Source: a virus. From it: 64,000 bases of DNA. The stretch spans positions 13,353 to 77,352 of IMG/VR virus record IMGVR_UViG_3300030119_000590; one strand, given 5' to 3'. The position numbers were made by a program, and so were the translations under genes. Position 1 is the first letter of the stretch. Each line of letters begins with the position of its first letter. The notes beneath the pieces were generated by a model. It searched no databases. It had not been told where the DNA came from and was given only the letters and a program-made list of their open reading frames with translations. This document shows positions 60,914 through 64,000 of this stretch, in pieces.

Positions 60914-62209
60914 ATGCGATTTATTGAAACTGGAAAAGATGTAAGTGAACTACTTGGTTTGTTGAAATCAGGTGAATGCTTTATTCATGTATTTGACAGA
61001 TTCAATGTACATCCTATTAAAAACGAACCACTTGTGGCAATGATTCGTCATTTTGACAAAGACGAAGTTTATGTAATTTCGTTTTCTCATCCTGATTGTA
61101 TTCCGACAAAAGTTGAAACACTTGAACTTATTGCAAACACCGAGTGTAAAAAGTACGTATTAAACAGAAAAAATTTGTTGCATTACGTGACGATGAAAAA
61201 TTGCGTGGACATAGGGTGGTGTATTTACTCGGAAACTTTGAATACAATTGAAGTGGAAAAGTTTCGTTGCAAAGATACAAGGTCTGTGCCAATTATGCAA
61301 ATGATAAAAAGTTTCAAGGATACCTTCAAACTTTTTTATTCTTCTGTACAATCAATGGATTTAGAAATGAGTCAGTATGAAACTGAGTTCTCTGAAGTAT
61401 TGTGTGAACTCGAAAAAGGTGGATTGTATGTAAACAACTTTGAATTGGGTGATGCTTCTTTGGTAGATGAAAATCAATGCGTTTATACTCAATATAATCT
61501 ACACACACCTACATCTCGTCCAAGTAATCGTTTTGGAAATGTCAACTATGCGGCCTTGAATAAAAAGACAGGTGACAGAGATTGTTTTGTAAGTCGTTAT
61601 GGAAAAGACGGAGCAATCGTTATGATGGATTACGAAAGTTATCACCTTCGTTTGTTTGGTAATCATGTTAATTTTGATTTACCCAATGAATCTTTGCACG
61701 GATATTTGGGAAAGTTGTATCATGGAAAAGACGAATTAACTGAAGAAGAATATGATTTGTCCAAGAAGATTACTTTCAATTTGATTTACGGAGGAATCAC
61801 CGATGATGTGCGTGACAATGTTCCGTTCATGGCAAGAATTGCTGACTTCGTAGATGAAACATGGAACTTCTATAAACAAAATGGATATGTTGAAACTTGG
61901 TTTTACAAAAGAAAATTAAAGTCTTCAATTTTTGATGACAAAACAAACTCGTACAAAGTTTTCAATTACCTTCTTCAATCCGCCGAGACTGAACGCAATT
62001 GCCAAGTTCTGAAAAATATATTTGAGTATCTGAACGACAAAACTACACAATGTGTATTGTACACATACGATGCGTTTTTGTTTGATATACCCAAAAACGA
62101 GTTCCAGTTGGTGTCAGAATTAAAGAAAACAATGAATCCTAATGGTGATTATCCCATACGAACTTATGTGGGAGCAACTTATGGAGATTTGCGCGAAGTG
62201 AGTGTTTGA
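60914..62209 (+). CDS. Short, divergent family A DNA polymerase
   Basis: TSRPSN, motif A MDYESYHLR, motif B SKKITFNLIYGG, NYLLQS, motif C YTYDAFLFD. Confidence 0.8.
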   Translation: MRFIETGKDVSELLGLLKSGECFIHVFDRFNVHPIKNEPLVAMIRHFDKDEVYVISFSHPDCIPTKVETLELIANTECKKYVLNRKNLLHYVTMKNCVDIGWCIYSETLNTIEVEKFRCKDTRSVPIMQMIKSFKDTFKLFYSSVQSMDLEMSQYETEFSEVLCELEKGGLYVNNFELGDASLVDENQCVYTQYNLHTPTSRPSNRFGNVNYAALNKKTGDRDCFVSRYGKDGAIVMMDYESYHLRLFGNHVNFDLPNESLHGYLGKLYHGKDELTEEEYDLSKKITFNLIYGGITDDVRDNVPFMARIADFVDETWNFYKQNGYVETWFYKRKLKSSIFDDKTNSYKVFNYLLQSAETERNCQVLKNIFEYLNDKTTQCVLYTYDAFLFDIPKNEFQLVSELKKTMNPNGDYPIRTYVGATYGDLREVSV

Positions 62210-62253
62210 GAATATAACCCCATATTTATATACTAAATAAGGGTTATGATTAG

Positions 62254-62649
62254 ATGAAAACACAGCTACTTTGCACTTTCACTTCAACGGATGAATATTC
62301 CGATGTCGTTAACGAACTCGTTAATTTTTACGACATATTGTTTGGTAAAGTCTACACTTTGCAGAATATAGATGATTTAGATAGTTTGATGTTGACATAT
62401 AACATAGATCCGAGTACAGTAAATGGAAATATGTTCTATGAAGACACAATAAGTGTACATAGAAAAAAAGATACCAATACATTATATACAATAAATTCAT
62501 TGAATGCTCTTATAAAAGATTTAAACGGTGGAGTAATTGACCACAATTATTCGGTGGATTGGAATCAGTATAAAAATTGTATATTATTGACAGACGAGAC
62601 ATCATACAGAATGGTCTCTACGAAATTATTTAAAATCATAAAGGTATGA
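62254..62649 (+). CDS. Conserved hypothetical phage protein
   Basis: QLLCTF...TISVHRKKDTNTLYTINSLN; ATATTTAT box upstream. Confidence 0.6.
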   Translation: MKTQLLCTFTSTDEYSDVVNELVNFYDILFGKVYTLQNIDDLDSLMLTYNIDPSTVNGNMFYEDTISVHRKKDTNTLYTINSLNALIKDLNGGVIDHNYSVDWNQYKNCILLTDETSYRMVSTKLFKIIKV

Positions 62650-62699
62650 TTAATGTGAATTTATAGTTTGACTTACAACAAAAAATTAAATAGGGTTAT

Positions 62700-64000
62700 A
62701 TGAATATGGAAAATAAAAAAGAATCTTCAAAAAATGAGTCTAAAAAGACTAAGAGTTTGGCGTCCATTATCAGACAAGAAAACAAGGAATCTGTTGCAGA
62801 TTATCGGAAATTGAATTGGACTGGAACTTTTTGGGAGTACCTTGAATTGGTAGAACAAAACCCAAAAATTGTGCGTAATGCTTATCAACGTATGTACGAC
62901 ATGGTGATGTCATATGGAACCCGTGAAGAGACATATTGCAAGAGGACACTTGTAAAGTATAAATTTTTCGAGGGTCGTGGTGACATTTCTATTTATGGTC
63001 TTGAAGAAAATCTAATGGAATTTATGGACACTCTTAAGAGTGCAAGTAGACATTACGGTCCAGAACGTCGTGTGTTGCTTTTGCATGGTCCAGTAGGTAG
63101 TAGTAAGTCAACAATAGTCACAGCTATCAAGAAGGGTCTTGAAGAGTATTCACAAACAGATGAAGGTGCGTTGTATAGTTTCAGTTGGAAAGTATCTGAT
63201 AAGGATGGAAATGAGCAAATTGTTCCGTGTCCCATGAACGAAGAACCTCTTAAGTTACTTCCAGAGCAAACCAAAGAAGAAATTATAGGTAGACTAAACA
63301 ACTCAATATCTGAATCAGATTATCAAATTCGTCTTGATGGTTCGTTAAATCCTGTAAATGAATTCTATTATAGTAATTTGATGGAAAAGTACAAAGGTGA
63401 CTATCGAAAGGTTCTTGACCATGTAGTAGTACGTCGGGTTGTGCTTTCTGAAAAGAATCGTGTAGGAATCGGAACATTCCAACCCAAAGACGAAAAGTCA
63501 CAAGATGCAACTGAACTTACTGGTGATATTAATTATCGCAAGTTGGCAGAATATGGAAGTGAAAGTGACCCAAGGGCATTTGATTTTGACGGAGAGTTTT
63601 TGGTATCAAATCGTGGTATCATTGAGTTTCAAGAAATTCTCAAGTTGCAAACTGAGTTTTTGTATGACCTTCTCGGTGCAACTCAAGAGCATCGTGTTAA
63701 ACCAAGACGTTTTAATCAAGTACCTATTGATGAAGTTATTCTTGGTCACACCAACAATGCTGAGTTTGAAAAGTTGAAAAATAATAAGTTCATGGAAGCA
63801 TTGCGTGATAGAACAATTAAGGTGGATATTCCATACCTTCTCAAGATTTCTGAAGAGCAACGCATTTATGACCACTTCTATAATAGTGAATCGGTTGCAA
63901 AGCACATTGCCCCACATACTACATTTTTGGCTGCACTATTTGCAGTTGTAAGTCGTTTGGAGGAAAGTTCTAAACATGATATGAGTATTATTCAAAAGGC
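62700..64000 (+). CDS. prkA: PrkA/YeaG-family AAA+ serine protein kinase (3'-truncated by window)
   Basis: Manual translation: WTGTFWEYLELV..NP...RNAYQRMYDM, LLLHGPVGSSKST Walker A, CPMNEEPL, GIGTFQPKDEKSQD..ELTG, NRGIIEFQEILK, GHTN. Absent from the ORF track because no stop lies inside the window. Confidence 0.9.
   Translation, partial: MNMENKKESSKNESKKTKSLASIIRQENKESVADYRKLNWTGTFWEYLELVEQNPKIVRNAYQRMYDMVMSYGTREETYCKRTLVKYKFFEGRGDISIYGLEENLMEFMDTLKSASRHYGPERRVLLLHGPVGSSKSTIVTAIKKGLEEYSQTDEGALYSFSWKVSDKDGNEQIVPCPMNEEPLKLLPEQTKEEIIGRLNNSISESDYQIRLDGSLNPVNEFYYSNLMEKYKGDYRKVLDHVVVRRVVLSEKNRVGIGTFQPKDEKSQDATELTGDINYRKLAEYGSESDPRAFDFDGEFLVSNRGIIEFQEILKLQTEFLYDLLGATQEHRVKPRRFNQVPIDEVILGHTNNAEFEKLKNNKFMEALRDRTIKVDIPYLLKISEEQRIYDHFYNSESVAKHIAPHTTFLAALFAVVSRLEESSKHDMSIIQK

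Larger units (their letters stand above)
3756..62229 (+). promoter_or_regulatory. Dispersed ATATTTAT box, putative phage late promoter (range spans all copies)
   Basis: Intergenic copies at 3756, 6066, 12556, 18793, 25117, 29199, 29851, 29869, 31830, 31842, 37176, 40155, 43645, 46515, 47258, 47308, 47911, 49551 and 62222; variants at 27588 and 55047. Confidence 0.7.

Noticed and set aside
63053-63917. Small ORFs listed by the track at the right end
   Set aside because: All lie within the long + strand PrkA frame starting at 62700.
1-64000. Stop-codon reassignment, tRNA genes, DGR/retron or integrase
   Set aside because: Core genes are intact in the standard code with TAA, TAG and TGA all used as stops. 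Intergenic gaps are short with no cloverleaf seen by eye. No reverse transcriptase or recombinase ORF was recognised.

Overview
The whole 64 kb is AT-rich, gene-dense DNA from a large myovirus-type bacteriophage (distant T4-superfamily, probably jumbo-sized). Essentially every credible gene is on the + strand and uses the standard code. From 5' to 3': baseplate/fibre structural genes (1-12.5 kb); a recombination/replication block (RuvC-like resolvase, primase, and an Mre11/Rad50-like nuclease whose nuclease domain is split by an inserted GT9 glycosyltransferase); modular, probably capsid-packaged proteins (P-loop kinase, cytidylyltransferase plus ligase-like protein, LETM1-like polyprotein); a host-like Tat-signal DUF1552 gene; terminase, lipoprotein, portal, prohead core genes, gp21 protease, scaffold, gp23 major capsid; neck, sheath, tube, a tail chaperone with an apparent programmed frameshift, tape measure and baseplate hub; then a short divergent family A polymerase and a PrkA/YeaG kinase running off the right edge (missing from the ORF track). 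There are two promoter classes (a recurrent ATATTTAT box, and canonical sigma70 TTGACA-17-TAnnnT) and four clear intrinsic terminators. DUF1552, the dockerin-like motifs and canonical SD/sigma70 signals hint at a PVC-group (Planctomycetota/Verrucomicrobiota) host, which is an inference. Main candidates for new biology: (i) protease-processed capsid cargo polyproteins with shared leaders, (ii) the split Mre11 with an embedded glycosyltransferase, (iii) the T7-run frameshift chaperone, (iv) phage-borne DUF1552, (v) a PolA lacking the steric-gate Glu. All family assignments are by motif recognition only; no searches were run.
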